Source: the human T2T-CHM13v2.0 reference genome, Homo sapiens
Assembly (NCBI RefSeq): GCF_009914755.1
Contig: NC_060927.1
DNA: 64,000 bases
Strand: one strand, 5' to 3'
Shown: piece after piece, positions 42,562-56,278 of the stretch
Numbering within the stretch: position 1 is the stretch's first letter
How the letters are laid out: each line of letters starts with the position of its first letter
Notes under the pieces: model-generated
Databases searched by the model: none
What the model was told of the DNA's origin: nothing
Seen by the model: the letters and a program-made list of their open reading frames with translations, nothing else
Translations under genes and position numbers: made by a program

Positions 42562-42785
42562 ACGCCTGTAATCCCAGCACTTTGGGAGGCCGAGGCGGGC
42601 GGATCACGAGGTCAAGAGACCGTCCTGACCAACATGGTGAAACCCCGTCTCTGCTAAAAATACAAAAAAATTTAGCTGGGCGTGGTGGCGCACGCCTGTA
42701 GTCCCAGCTACTCGGGAGACTGAGGCAGGAGAATCGCTTGAACCCGGGAGGCGGAGGTTGCAGTGAGCCGAGTCTCAAAAAAAAA
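42562..42785 (+). mobile_element. Alu SINE (AluS-like, 5'-truncated, deletion near the 3' end)
   Basis: TSD AAAAAGCGGCTAGG at 42548-42561 and 42781-42794. Confidence 0.92.
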
Positions 42786-43890
42786 GCGGCTAGGCAGCCG
42801 ATAGCCTAAGTGCTGTTTCCATTTTGCCAATGAAGAACTAAGATCCCTAGGCAGCTATAACCTAATGTCCTCTGTGTTCTATATTAAATCCCTGGTTATG
42901 ACCACTCCAGAACGAGGGTTGAAAAATGTTGGACCTGGTAACGAGCTACCCTGTATCCTCCTCCGGCTGTGTCTCCACTTGTTAACCTACGGTGTGGTCC
43001 TCCTATCAGAGTTCTTCATCCCATCCTTGGCAGAGTTCTGGCGACAGCTCCTACCTCTTTTCCTCATGCCTTTCCTCTGTCAGTACCAACTGCAAAGTCA
43101 GTGGTCCCGTGATGTAGCCATCGGATTGAAGCGGCCAGCTATCATTGAAGTCCCACAACGTGAGTTAAGGACATGTCCATTTAAAAATCGTGACCTGCCG
43201 TTATCTTCTGGGCCCTTTATATATGAAGAAATGCCAATATTTAGCATATTATGCCTGGATAATAAAGTCAGAACTCACAGTTGCATATTTTAGTTATAAT
43301 TCAGGATTAACAACAGTGGGACATATGTGTGTATTACAGGGTAACATGTATGTTATTTGTGTGTGAGGGGGCATAAAAATGCCCAAAAGCAGTTAGATAT
43401 GTCTTTCCCTGCTATATTTTTGTATACACTTTGTTCAGGTGATTTTTATCCTCAAAGTATTTTTTTAGGGACACATTACGGATAACCGTTTTCCTCTAAA
43501 TTTAAAAACCTTTGGTCTTCTTTGTTACCGGAGCTTACCATGATGTAGTGACTCTGTCATGTGTCCTATTTTCTCTCAACATTTCATCCCTGAAAGTGGC
43601 ACTGAGGCATGGATATATCTGTAACCTCAAGGTTAGAGCTTTCTCCCCAGCACCCTTAATTCCCACGGCAGTTCATTAGCTATCCAGCAGCAGAGTCCCA
43701 CCATGGTCATTAGTTAATTTTATTTACCAACATATATCTAGCTCCTGGCATGTTATGTGGGAAACAGCAGGGATGCCAAAACATGGTTGTGAAATAAATG
43801 AAAGATAGGAGGGAGACAAACAGAGAGTAAAAGTGAATAAAATAAAAACAAAGGTAATGTAAGATCTATGCCAAGGAAGTGGTATAGTTA

Positions 43891-44124
<234 letters not shown>

Positions 44125-47100
44125 CTAAATCCATGTCAAGGATTCCTCCTCTGTATCTTCAGGACTCAGTATTCATTCATTCAACACAGAACTGAGCTAG
44201 ACTCAGGGGCTAGGAAGGAACCTGTCCTTATATAGCTCTCATGCTAGAAGGAAGATGCAGAAACTATAAATGTACTTGAGTGTTTATATATAAAATTGTA
44301 CTGAATGCTATGAAGGAAAAAACGGACACGATCTAGACTGGGAGGTCAGAGGAGGCTTCCCTAAGGAAATAGCATTTGAACTGAGTTCTCAGCATGACTG
44401 AGAATTAAGTAGGCACCAGTGTTCCAGAAGGAAGGGGTGGTGAGTCTGTAAATCCTCAGGTGGAGGACATGTGGAGCCCAAGGGGTGGGCTGGGGGAAAT
44501 GGTGGAAGATCAGCTTGCAGAGGTGGCCAGAAGCACGATCCTAGAGGTCTTAGAGGTTCAGTCATTCGCTCATCATGGATCTTGGAAGGCAATAGCCTGT
44601 TGACTTGTCTGTATGGGGGACCCTTAAGGCATAGCCAGTGTCTAGCACTTGGTAGGTTCTTAGTAGCATTGAATGGGTGATGTAAGCTTTAAAGGGGGAA
44701 TGAGTTGGATGGTGTTTTTATTTTTTAAATTAAACCTCCCTCTCACCAGTACCATGGACATATTTGGGCACAGTTGTTGGTAAATGCTCAGCTCTGTGTA
44801 TCACAGAGCCATGCAGAGTAATGGGCTTCAAATCAACGTCTTCATAAGGGCTTATTAATGTTGGCCCAAAATATGCCATATGTATAGAGGAGCAAAACAC
44901 AATTTACACCATCCAAATAAAGGTCAGGATGCAGGTGAATGAGCCTACCATGGAATCTCAACTGATTCAGTTCTGAAATCTCCTAAACTTTTGTTGCGTT
45001 GGTTATAGAGTGCCGGCAGTGCACCTTAAGCAGTGCCTGCCTGAACTCCTGTTGCTTGTATAGTCCTAGTCATTTTGTGTTTTACTTTTCACCTTTGGTC
45101 CAGTAACGTCCATTTCAGCTTCTGATGTCACTTTCCCTTCAGCCTTTGGTTCTTTTACTATTTCAGGGAATATTTCATCTTGTTTTGGTGATAGTTAGAA
45201 GCAGTTGAAATTAACCTCACGATGTGTTGAGGATTCAGTTGCTAGTAATGGTAACCAACACATCGGCTCAAGCAAAACAGTATGGATTACAAGGCTGCAA
45301 GTGTTTCTCCAGGAATCCTAATCTCTGCTGGTTTTTTTTTTCCCCCTCTTTGCTTTGTTTTTGTCTCCCTACAGATTGGTTTTCTATTTCTTGGGCCAGT
45401 GGTAGAAAAAATGTGGTTCCTTCCCAGTTCCTCTGTAAAAGAGACCATTCCTTCTCGTTCAGTTCTGAACTCATGTTTCCAAGAGAAAGAAACTCTAGTT
45501 CTTTTAGGGGGTTGAGGGAAAGGATGGACAGAATAATTAGGCTCAAACATGGCCACTAGAGGATGTGTCACACTTGGGAGAAGTCAGTTTGTGAGAAGGG
45601 AGGGTGGATCATTTTAGTTATTGGCAGAAAATGGAACCCTCTTCAGGTAGTTCAGGAGACTTTTATGATGGGACTCTAGAGCAGTATGGGGGGGGTTTCA
45701 GGGAACCAATAAGAGATGTTGAGGAGCCCCAAGACAACTACTGGGAGTGGCTACTGCCCCTATTCCAAAGGGGCCAGGGGAGGAAACAGTATTACCACAT
45801 TTCAGTGATAGCTGGAACTGTGGAGGAAGGGCTGCCCAACATAAGTCATAGTCTTCGATAGATGCAGGCACTATCAGAAATGTGGCCACTAGATTGGGGG
45901 TGAGGGGCACCCTCTGATCTGGTATCTTCCACTGGACAAACCCAACCAGAAGCCAGCAAAGGGAGTCTAGGTGATACAATTTGAGTCAACCTGGTGAACA
46001 GATCCCCTCTCCCAGGGGAGAACAGAGAATCAAAAAGGTGGATTAAATCGGTATTTTGATAAATAATTTGATTGGTTTCTGTTAGGTTCTCTTTCAGTCT
46101 TTGAAGGCTATATCCCATTCTTATTAGGTACATATTATAATTTTTATTTCATTGAATATTTACAACAGTTCTGAAGGTAAATGTTATCTCTATAGATGAG
46201 GAACTGAGCTCGGGCAGGTTGAGTCGCTTGTCAAGGTGACACAGTAATTGAGTGGTGGCACTGGGATTTAAATCCAGACCTGTCTGATTGCAAAGCCCAT
46301 ACTTGACTCTGAGGCCACCTTCCTGCTGCAGTGAAAGTCATTTCTTCCATTTCCTCAGTAGGGATCCAGAGATCAAGGCAGGAGAGAATCTTTGCTTCCT
46401 CTACCTCCTTTTCTTTCCCCCTTTCTCTAAAAGCTTGTGGGGAAACTGGAAGGGAAAGAGAAAGTTCTAATTGACACCTCCCACTCCCCAGTTTTTCTAG
46501 AGCTTAAATAGTATATGGCATATACTGCTGTATTGTTTTGGTTGCATTTTTCCCACATTGAGTATAAGTTCCTTTAGAACCCTATATTGCATTTCTTTGT
46601 ATAGCTTTTGTCTTACTAGTATCATAAACGATTTACTCTGCCCATACCATGCAGAACTTGGAGCAGACTTCAGAATTTTTAGAATCTAGGATTTATCCTC
46701 TTTTCTGGCTTACTGGGCTAGATGTGTGTTTTCCTCATCCATGAGAAGCCATTGCTAACCTCCCTCTTAGCCCAGGGATTCTGAAGCCTTGAAGTGCATT
46801 TTACTCACCTACAAAATACAGATTCTGAGGCTTTACCCCAACATTCTGAATCAGACTCTCTGGGGCTGGGGCCTGAGAATGGACATTATCATAAAGTGTT
46901 GGGAAATTTGGGGGCAGCCACCAGACATTGGCCCATGGGTAAGCCACTGACCAGAGATAAAGAAATCTCTGCTCTCTCCTGCTGAAGTCATATGGTTTCC
47001 TGCCTCTTTTTGAATGAGGCTTTGGAGTCAGACTGAGCAGGCACCTTCACCATTTACAATAAGTGGTTTTACTTGCATAACTGAACCTGCTTCCCTTGTG

Positions 47101-47378
47101 TAAAATGGGGACTTATGCACCTGGAAGTAGAATGGGGTTATGAGGAATGATGAGATAAGAGATGTCAAGCACTTGGGCTGTGGTTAACACAGAAAAAATG
47201 CTGGCTCCCTTTCAAGTTTGTTTTTCCATCAGAAGTGTGACTTTGTCTTAAACCATCCACACTAGATCCCCAGCCTTCATAGTGACCTCATTAAAGATTC
47301 AGCCTGTGGCTCCTGAGAATTAAACCTCTTTTGATTTGAAGGAATCGGGATTTTTCAATTATCTCAAGAAAAGGGATA

Positions 47379-47650
47379 GGCCAGGTGCAGTGGCTCACAC
47401 CTGTAATCCCAGCCCTTTGGGAGGCTGAGGTGGGAGGATCACCAGAGGCCAGGAGTTGGCATCCAGTCTGGGCAACATAGCAACACCCTATCTCTAAAAA
47501 AAATTAGGTGTGTGGTGGTGTGTGCCTGTAGGCCTAGCTGCTTGGGAGGCTGAGGCCAGAGGATCGCTTGAGCCCAGGAGTTGGAGATTTCACTCCAGCC
47601 TGGGTGACAGAGAGATACTCTGTCTCTTAAAAGAAAGAAAAAGAAAAAAG
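47379..47650 (+). mobile_element. Alu SINE (AluJ-like)
   Basis: Alu dimer with (GAAA)n tail. Confidence 0.9.
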
Positions 47651-49918
47651 AGAAGGGGGATCTGTGGCAAGAGCTGGAAAGTCCCCAGACAGCTCTGAGG
47701 TACCGCCTCTCATGGGCTCCGTGGATTATCTCATGGCCTGTGTGGCTGTCTGTCTTTATCTCTAGTGACATCTCTGCTTTTCTCTGCCAAGATTTATCCC
47801 TTCTCTGCAGCCACTTGCTGTCCAGCTTCCCTTCTTTGTAGAATCTGCCTCTGCCCAATACCTTTACTTTCGTGTGGCCTCTCTGGGCTCCTCCATATCA
47901 TGACCTGTCAGCTCCTCTTTAACTCCTTTCTTCTCTCAAGTGTTTCTCAGATCAGAGACCAGATTGCAATGAGAGAATCAGTTTGGTCTGGTAGTATTTC
48001 ACGCCAAAAAGAGTTGGTCACCCTTTGGATTATATGCCTTTGGTTCAGGCACCTACCCCTGGTCCTGGCTGTTGGGGATGGATGGTGACTGTTATGTGGC
48101 CTTTACAGGGCTTTAGGCACAATAAAGCTTTCCCAGGTTCAGCCTACTGAGTGCTATGGCTATGACCTGGACATTAAACTGGCCCTCATAGGTTCAGACC
48201 TGGCCATGGCAATTGACGAACCCTACCACAGGGCTCTTGGAACCCTGTGAAAGCCATTTTATTGTATGTTCTTGGCTGTTGAAGGGAGTTGTAGCCCAGC
48301 TGATGGCTTCCATTTCTTTTCTGTGGATCTTGCTTTCATCATAAGCATTGTTTAGGGGTATAGCATGGAAGAGGGAGATCAGGGCCTCAGCCTGGTTTTC
48401 AACTATGAGATTGAGCAGTCAGTATTCGGTTGCTCAGTCTGGCCATGACAGAATTGGAGCCGGCCCTCAGGACTCTTGATTTTTAGCTCTCTGCCCTTTC
48501 TGTTTACAGACCCATGGCACAGAAAGCCTTATGCCCAGACACTGCAGGATGCAGAGTTATGGAGCCATATCCTTTCAGAGGAATGCCTGGCTACTCAACA
48601 GGGTTGGAAAGTCAAACAAGGATCAACACCTACTTTTGCCTGCTGTGTGATGGGCCCGAGCCTGCAAAGCTGGACCAAATGTGGCCCCTTTCCTAAGGGC
48701 GGGGGGCAGTCACCTTCTAGTAGGGGAAGGAATTTAGTCTCACTTCTCCTTTAGGAATCTGGAGTATTAGACAAGTCAAAGCAAGTTAATGAGGGGTTAA
48801 CATAACCTCAGAGGACCACTTTGAGTCTAAAGTCCTTCCAGATGTGTCAGATTGGTAGCGCCAACTTGTCAGTTTCTATTAAGAAGTAATAGGACTGGGC
48901 TTCCTGGGTGTGAGGGAAAGTAGGTCTGTGCTTAAATGTCCTTCCACTCTGTCACAAACAGGAGATTGAAACTTAGGTGCCTCCATTCTTATCTGTAACC
49001 TCTCTCAGGGTTGTTTTTGAGGATGCAGTGAGTTAATGCATGCCCCCAGAAGCAGGGGAAGGGAACTGCTTTGGGGGGACTCCTATGTGTTACACTGAAG
49101 GACTCCTTTAAATGCTTTATGACGTTTCTGTTCTCTTGTAACTCTGTAAGGTCGGGGTTATCCCTGCTTTCTAGATGAAGAAACAGGCTTAGAGCTATTT
49201 AGGTCAAGGTCACAAAACTGGCATGTGACAACAGAGATTTAAGTATAATTTGGAAGGTGGCTGTTTCCACCACACCACACCCTACTGGTAGGGTTGTTGT
49301 GATCACATGGGTAACAGCTGTGAAAGTCACCAAGAGCTTTCCTGGCATCCAGAAGCCCTTGATCTAGAGGCACATCAGTCTCCTCTGCTGAGAAGGAGGG
49401 GACACCACTCCATGCTGTTGACATCTCTTGAGTTTTAAAATGGAGCTTTTACTTCAGGGTAACTCCTATTTAAGTGTTCACACATGGATTAATTCCTTTG
49501 CTCGTGACTGCTGCAGATAAATAAAAACTGTGGTAGGGCACCAGGCCCTGAGCTAGGCCAGGCAGGTTTGGACAATTTCCTAAGCCTTTTATAAGGAAAA
49601 CTGGGTTTAAAAAAAAAAGTTGCCCTGGGTACAGTGATTCATGGACTGGTTAGGTTGGTTTTTTTGGTTTGTTTTCCTCCTATCCTTTTTTTATATGGAA
49701 AAAAATTATGCATGCTTGGAAAGGAAAATTTGTAGCTTTTCATTTATCTTTTACTTATCACCTGAGCCTTTCTCCAGGAGGCAGAGAGTGAATTAAAGGC
49801 TGGAAAAGCAGTATCTGATGAGGCTCAGTTTTCTGACAGCCCACCAGCCCCTTCCTGGACCAAGTACATTTTCACTACAAAGAGGTGTGACTAATCTTTC
49901 AGAGCAAGTGATATTTTA

Positions 49919-50224
<306 letters not shown>

Positions 50225-51064
50225 GGAAGAAGCAGCAGTAGTAAACCCTGTGACCTTGTGGCCAGCCAGTTCATCCTGTGAAGGAGGTCTCTGCTGAGTC
50301 CTTTTGTAAAGTGAAGACATCCTTTAGAATGCAGTGGACTGTGTAGCATAGCGGTTAAGAGCTCTGACTTGAGGCTTAAGTGCTACTTACTGGCTGTCTG
50401 AACTTGGGCCATTCATTTGACATCTTTTAACCTCAGTTTTCTCATTTGTAAAATGGAATGAATAACACTATCGTATAGGATTATTGAAAAGATTAAATGC
50501 ATTAACTGCAGTATTCCTTGCACATTATCTGGTATATAGTAAATGCACAGTAAATAGCAGCTGCTATTATTTATTGCAAATAATTACAGCCATTTTAATT
50601 TATAGATCTGTAGAATTAGAGAATCACTTTGAGACTAATTTAATCTCCATCTTTTACAAATGAGGAAACTAATCCAGAGAGGGAAGGGGCTTGTCCTAAG
50701 TCAAGTGGCTAGTTAGTGCCAGGAGCTGGCCTGGAACCATGAGTCATGTTCCTAATGATTGTTCATACTTACACCATATTTACACCCCACAAAGAACTTC
50801 TTGTCAATAACCTTTCTGGGCTGGGTATTCACTTTCCTAGCTGGGGAGTGGGGCACATGGAGGTGGAGAGGGCTGGAGTGTTAGAGATTGAGCTAGAAAG
50901 CCTTCAGGTTCTATGGGTGAGGTTGGGAAGAGACACAGTTACATAGTTATGGGTCTTCCAGTGAAGAGGGATCACCTTCTGGAGTTCTATCCTAAAGGCT
51001 TACTCTCTTAGACTTGAAATTCTGTTGCTTTTTGAATCCATCTCCAGACTCAAGATAGGGATAT

Positions 51065-52404
51065 TGTGTCTGGAATTGGTGGGTTCTTGGTCTCACTGAT
51101 TTCAAGAATGAAGCTGCAGACCCTCGCGGTGAGTGTTACAGTTCTTAAAGGCGGCGTGTCCGGAGTTGTTCCTTCTGATGTTCAGATGTGCTCGGAGTTT
51201 CTTCCTTCTGGTGGGTTCGTGGTCTCGCTGGCTCAGGAGTGAAGCTGCAGACCTTCATGGTGAGTGTTACAGCTCTTAAGGCGGCACACCTGGAGTTGTT
51301 CATTCCTCCCGAGGTGGGTTCGTGGTCTCGCTGGCTTCAGGAGTGAAGCTGCAGACCTTCGCGGTGAGTGTTACAGCTCATAAAGGCAGTGTGGACCCAA
51401 AGAGTGAGCAGTAGCAAGATTTATTGCAAAGAGCGAAAGAACAAAGCTTCCACAGTGTGGAAGGGGACCCAAGCGGGTTGCCACTGCTGGCTCTGGCAGC
51501 TTGCTTTTATTCTCTTATCTGGCCCCACCCACATTCTGCTGATTGGTCCATTTTACAGAGAGCCGAGTGGTCTGTTAGACAGGGTGCTGATTGGTGCGTT
51601 TACAATCCCTGAGCTAGACACAAAGGTTCTCCACCTCCCCAGTAGATTAGCTAGATACAGAGTGTAGACACAAAGGTTCTCCAAGTCCCCACCAGAGTAG
51701 CTAGATACAGAGTGCTGATTGGTGTATTTACAATCTCTTAGCTAGACATAGAGGTTCTCCAAGTCCCCATCAGACTCAGGAGCCCGGCTGGCTTCAACCA
51801 GTGGATCCTGCACTGGGGCCGCAGGTGGAGCTGCCTGCCAGTCCCCTGCCATGCACCCGCATTCCTCAGCCCTTGGGTGGTCGATGGGACTGGGCGCCGT
51901 GGAGCAGGGGGCAGCGCTCCTTGGGGAGGTTGGGGCCACACAGGAGCACCCATGGGTGGGGGTGGGAGGGCGGGGAGGCTCCCGCATGGCAGGCTGCAGA
52001 TCCGGAGCCCTGCCCCGTGGGAAGGCAGCTAAGGCCCAGCAAGAAATTGAGCACAGCAGCTGCTGGCCCAGGTGCTAAGCCCCTCACTGCCTGGGGCCAG
52101 CTGGCTGCTCCAGAGTATGGGGCCCGCCTAGCCCACACCCACCCGCTGAGCCCATGCCCACCCAGAACTCGCGCTGGCCCGCAAGCACTGCCCGCAGCCC
52201 TGGTTCCCACCCACGCCTCTCCCTCCACACCTCCCAGCAAGCTGAGGGAGCCGGCTCCCACCTTGGCCAGCCCAGAAAGGGGCTCCCGCAGTGCAGCGGC
52301 GGGCTGAAGGGCTCCTCAAGTGCTGCCAAAGTGGGAGCCCAGGCAGAGGAGGTGCCGAGAGCAAGCGAGGGCTGTGAGGGCTGCCAGCACGCTGTCACCT
52401 CTCA
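51065..52404 (-). mobile_element. Solo LTR12 (ERV9 LTR, LTR12C-like)
   Basis: - strand starts TGAGAGGTGACAGCGTGCTGGCAG and ends CCAATTCCAGACACA; 4-bp TSD ATAT at 51061-51064 and 52405-52408; U3 CCAAT repeats and U5 tandem repeats present. Confidence 0.95.
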
Positions 52405-52759
52405 ATATCTTCCAGGGAGGAAAGGTGCTGGGGGAAGGATGGGCTGCACAGGACCTTCCACCTGATTTGTGATGTTTATTTTCTGTCATTGAAAAGTTAA
52501 ACGGGTGAAAGACCTGAAGCAAGTATGGCAGAGGGTGATCATTGGTACTGTGTGGTGCTGCAGTGTTTTGCTTTTTTCTGTTTAATTTCTCAAAAAAGTC
52601 AGTCACATATGCAGTTAGCCAGGCAGTTTAAAGATAAACTGTCAGTCACATACTTTAGAGCAGTGTTTTATTTTATTTTTTATGTTTCTGGGAAGCATCA
52701 ACTCCTTGGAGAATCTGATTAAGCTAATGATTCTTTTTCTGAAAAAAACTGCTTTTGAA

Positions 52760-54130
52760 AAATGTTTACAAAGAATGAGAAGGAGCTCCATGAGCCAACG
52801 TGGAATGATTTCCTGCATATATATAGTTAAGTGTTAAAAAAAAAAAAAAAAGTAAGAGTATCTATAGTATTCCACCCTTCATATAAGAAACAAGGAGATA
52901 TTAAAAAATTCATGTATTTGCTTATTTGTGCAGAGAAAATACAAGAAAGATAAACCTGAAACTGAAGAGAAACCTAGGGTGAATGGGAAGAAAGGGGCAT
53001 GAAAATAGCATAATACGGAGGAGAGTGACATTTCTCTGAGCATACTTTTCTGAGTTTTCTCTCAGAACTATAGTGATAGCTCACAAACTCAGAAAGTAAA
53101 TAAGTAATTAAAAGTAACCATGATGTGGGGGAACCCAAAATGGAAAACAAAAATTTACAAATGAAAATTAGCCAGGCATGGTGATGTGCCTGTAATTCCA
53201 GCTACTTCAGAGGCTGAGGCGGGAGAAGCGCTTGAACGCAGGTGGCGGAGGTTGCAGTGAGCTGTGCCACACTGCACTCCAGCCTGGGCGACAGAGCCAT
53301 AGTCTAAAAAAAAAGTTACAAGTTACAAATGAGCCTGTGTTACAAGTGAGTAATGTAACCACACTGAAGGGCACGTAGAAGAAAAGAACTGAAGTAACTG
53401 GAAAACAGTATTTTGCCTGGATACTCTGAGGCTAAAGACAGAACTTTACACAAATACTGTGTGCTATTAGTAAATTTGTTTCTCACAGGGGTATGGGTTA
53501 GAAGTTCAGAAACTGTGTATACTAAGATTGAACAAATACAGAAATACATGTTAGATAATAAGAGCCAGCTTTCTCCTTCTTTGAGAAAGAAGTTACAAAT
53601 AAGAAACAGAGGAAGGTTAGAATGAACCATGTGATGTTAGATTGGAATTGATCTATCAGTATGAACTCTTGGCTTTTTAATAGATATGTAGATAGATACA
53701 GAATTAAACAGATTTGTGTGTGTGTGGTGGGGGTGGTTAGTATACATAACTGTATTTTCTAGCTCTGTCTGCTGAGAAGTTCTGGAAGAAATAATACTCC
53801 AACAGCAATGAACTTAGAGCCTAGTTCCTGGTTTTAAGTACCATTCCCCAATAAAAGCAACCAGGGCTCCTTGGAGAAAGGCTTGATCCCTAGGGCTGGG
53901 CAGAGAAGACACAAGAGGATAGATATCTTGTGTTGCAGAAAGTAGATAATTACTCAAAAAGTTGGAGGCATGTTGAAAGAGCACAAAAACTAACCCAAAG
54001 AAGCCCCCAGTGGCCAAATTTGGAACACTTTGAGCAGCAAAATAACTAATGATAGTAGTGGATTATAACCATAGCATAAAAGATACCAATGAGTTGTACT
54101 GATACAAGTAATTGAAGGAGTAAATAAATG
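52760..54130 (+). mobile_element. Old L1M (L1MC/L1MD-like) 3' fragment with an inserted Alu right arm (about 53162-53313)
   Basis: L1M 3' UTR-like motifs (AAAGCAACCAGGGCTCCTTGGAGAAAGGC, TATCAGTATGAACTC); boundaries approximate. Confidence 0.6.
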
Positions 54131-54185
54131 GGCAGAAGGAACAGGCAGCGCGTAGACCACCCTGAAAACCATCTTCTGCCAAAAG

Positions 54186-54377
54186 AGTCAGCAAACTTCC
54201 TGTAAAGGACTGGATAGTAAAGATTTGGGGCCTTATGGGTCATATCTCTGGCCCAACCACTCAGCTCTGCTTTTGTAGTGCAGAAACAATCATAGACATT
54301 ACCTAAACAAGTGGGCATGGCTATGTTCCAGTAAAACTTATTTACAAAAACAAGGGACCTTAGTTTGTTGACCCTGT
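54186..54377 (-). mobile_element. MER58A-like hAT-Charlie element
   Basis: GTCAGCAAACTTCCTGTAAAGG ... ACTCAGCTCTGC ... TAGTTTGTTGACCCTG; opposite orientation to the copy at 27548. Confidence 0.75.
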
Positions 54378-54882
54378 TCTAGAGACTGCCTCTTTAGAAG
54401 ATTAGGTGTCTTTCACTATTTACACAGTAGATCTTGTTGAGTTTTAGGGGTAGGAGGGCTTCAGTTGAGATGATTGTACTCTGTAGCTCTGACAACATAT
54501 ACTTCTTGGTGCAATTTAAGAATTGCAGATTTAGAGAGAGGTGGCTTATTTTGTCTCTTGTTCAGATCTTGTTTTTGTGTGCATATTCTATATAGTGGTA
54601 TGTAGTATAGATTTTGCAATCAGACACAACTGGCATGGAAAACTAGCTTTGTTTTCACTAGCTGTAGGACCTTGGACAAGTCGCTCAACTTCTCTGAGTC
54701 TCCATTTCCTCATATGTAAAATAGTAATGTTGTTGTTAGCTACAAGGACAGAATTTTAGATGATCCACTAAGAGGAAAAGAGATATTCTGCATATATCTT
54801 CTCTAGGGGGAAAATGGGTGAGTCCGTTTAGGAGTTATTGTTGATCTGGGGTGACTATAGGACTGTGGTTGTTAACACCTAG

Positions 54883-54984
54883 GAAGACCTCCGTGTGGAT
54901 GGCCGTGGCTGTGAGGACTACCGATGTGTCGAAGTGGAAACTGATGTGGTGTCCAACACTAGTGGGTCCGCCAGGGTCAAGCTG
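54883..54984 (+). CDS. EXOSC7: EXOSC7 exon 2
   Basis: CCTAG|GAA ... CTG|GTGAGT; 102 nt encoding EDLRVDGRGCEDYRCVEVETDVVSNTSGSARVKL (RNase PH-like RxDGR motif). Confidence 0.97.
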
Positions 54985-55292
54985 GTGAGTACTGTGACCA
55001 TGGTTCAAGCCCAGGTGGAGAAATGAGTAGGCCCTAAGGAATGAGCTGCTGACGCTGTCTGGCTTTTGGAATGCAAATTGCTCTTGGGGAAATCGAAGAT
55101 CCGAGCCAAACTCAGGGAGGGGGGGTCTATCCAGATCTGAAAAGACTGCTCACCTCCTCCAAAGACCACTTTCCAAGTCTTAGCACTGCTCCTAAAAGAG
55201 TCCCCCAGGGGTGTATGTCCAGAAGAGGAGGGAGGTGGTGGAGTACCTGGCTGCATACTCTGAGTGAGGACTCTTCTTGCATGTGTCTGCAG

Positions 55293-55387
55293 GGTCACAC
55301 AGACATCTTGGTGGGAGTGAAAGCAGAAATGGGGACGCCGAAGCTGGAGAAACCAAATGAAGGCTACTTGGAGTTCTTTGTTGACTG
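55293..55387 (+). CDS. EXOSC7: EXOSC7 exon 3
   Basis: TCTGCAG|GGT ... TG|GTCAGT; 95 nt encoding GHTDILVGVKAEMGTPKLEKPNEGYLEFFVD(C). Confidence 0.97.
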
Positions 55388-56278
55388 GTCAGTACTGTCT
55401 ATGCAGATATTTCTAAAGATAAATGATTTTAAAGATGAAGATTCAGAAAATGAACCTCTGGTTTGCTGTTGAACCCACTTTTATACTTATCATTCAGCCA
55501 TCCAGCAGGCATTTGCTGACCTCCTCCTATGTGCCAGGTACATAGTCAGGACTCTTGGCTTGAGTCCTGCCCTAGTCTTAACCACCTGGCTATTGCTGGC
55601 CTTGTTTTCCCTGTCCGATAAAGGAGGACATTTGCCAGGCAGCCTAGCACATGATTGTGATGAGGGTCAAATGAAATGATTGTGTTATGGTGCTTTGAAA
55701 AATATACACAGTAAGGATCATTTGGTCTAAAATGTGCTGTTTCTCTTCCTACTCTAGTTCTGCAGAAAACTGTTCATGATTTGCTTGACAGATGAAGCCT
55801 AGGGTCAGCCAAGCAGCCTGACAGGCTGAGGAAGTGGCAGCTAGGCAGGCAGTATGGGTGCTGAGAAGAGAGAGGGCTCTGCAGTGTCTGCAGCCAGCCT
55901 TGGGCCAGAATGTCACTTCCTTCTCTGGCCAGCTTTGTGATCTCAGGCTGGTTACTCAGTCTCACTGTGGCCAAATTTCTTCATCTAAAAAATGAGGATA
56001 ATAAATAATACCATGGTGATGAAGAGGAAATGAATAGAGTGAGTACCTAGCACAGTGACTGACTTCCAGTGGGCTTTCAATAAGTGTTATTTCTCCTTAT
56101 TTTGTCAATAAGTTCAATAAGTATTATTAGCTCCACATTCTAGGGGTCGGGGCTTTTTATTTGGTTGCTGGCCAGGTCCCGTCTTCTATCAATTACTTTG
56201 CTTCTGGAAGCCAGGCCTTCTTGAAGTGGGTAAGGATCTCTGTGGGCTCATGCTGGGTGTAGGTATATAATGTTGACC

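Noticed and set aside
51106-51385. Three spaced copies of GAAGCTGCAGACCYTC..GGTGAGTGTTACAG, resembling a repeat-spacer array
   Set aside because: These are the normal U5 tandem repeats of LTR12. The spacers are related to each other, the DNA is human and there are no cas genes, so it is not CRISPR.
51368-52465. Cluster of 60-168 aa ORFs
   Set aside because: All lie in the GC-rich LTR12 sequence; no gag, pol or env internal sequence is present.
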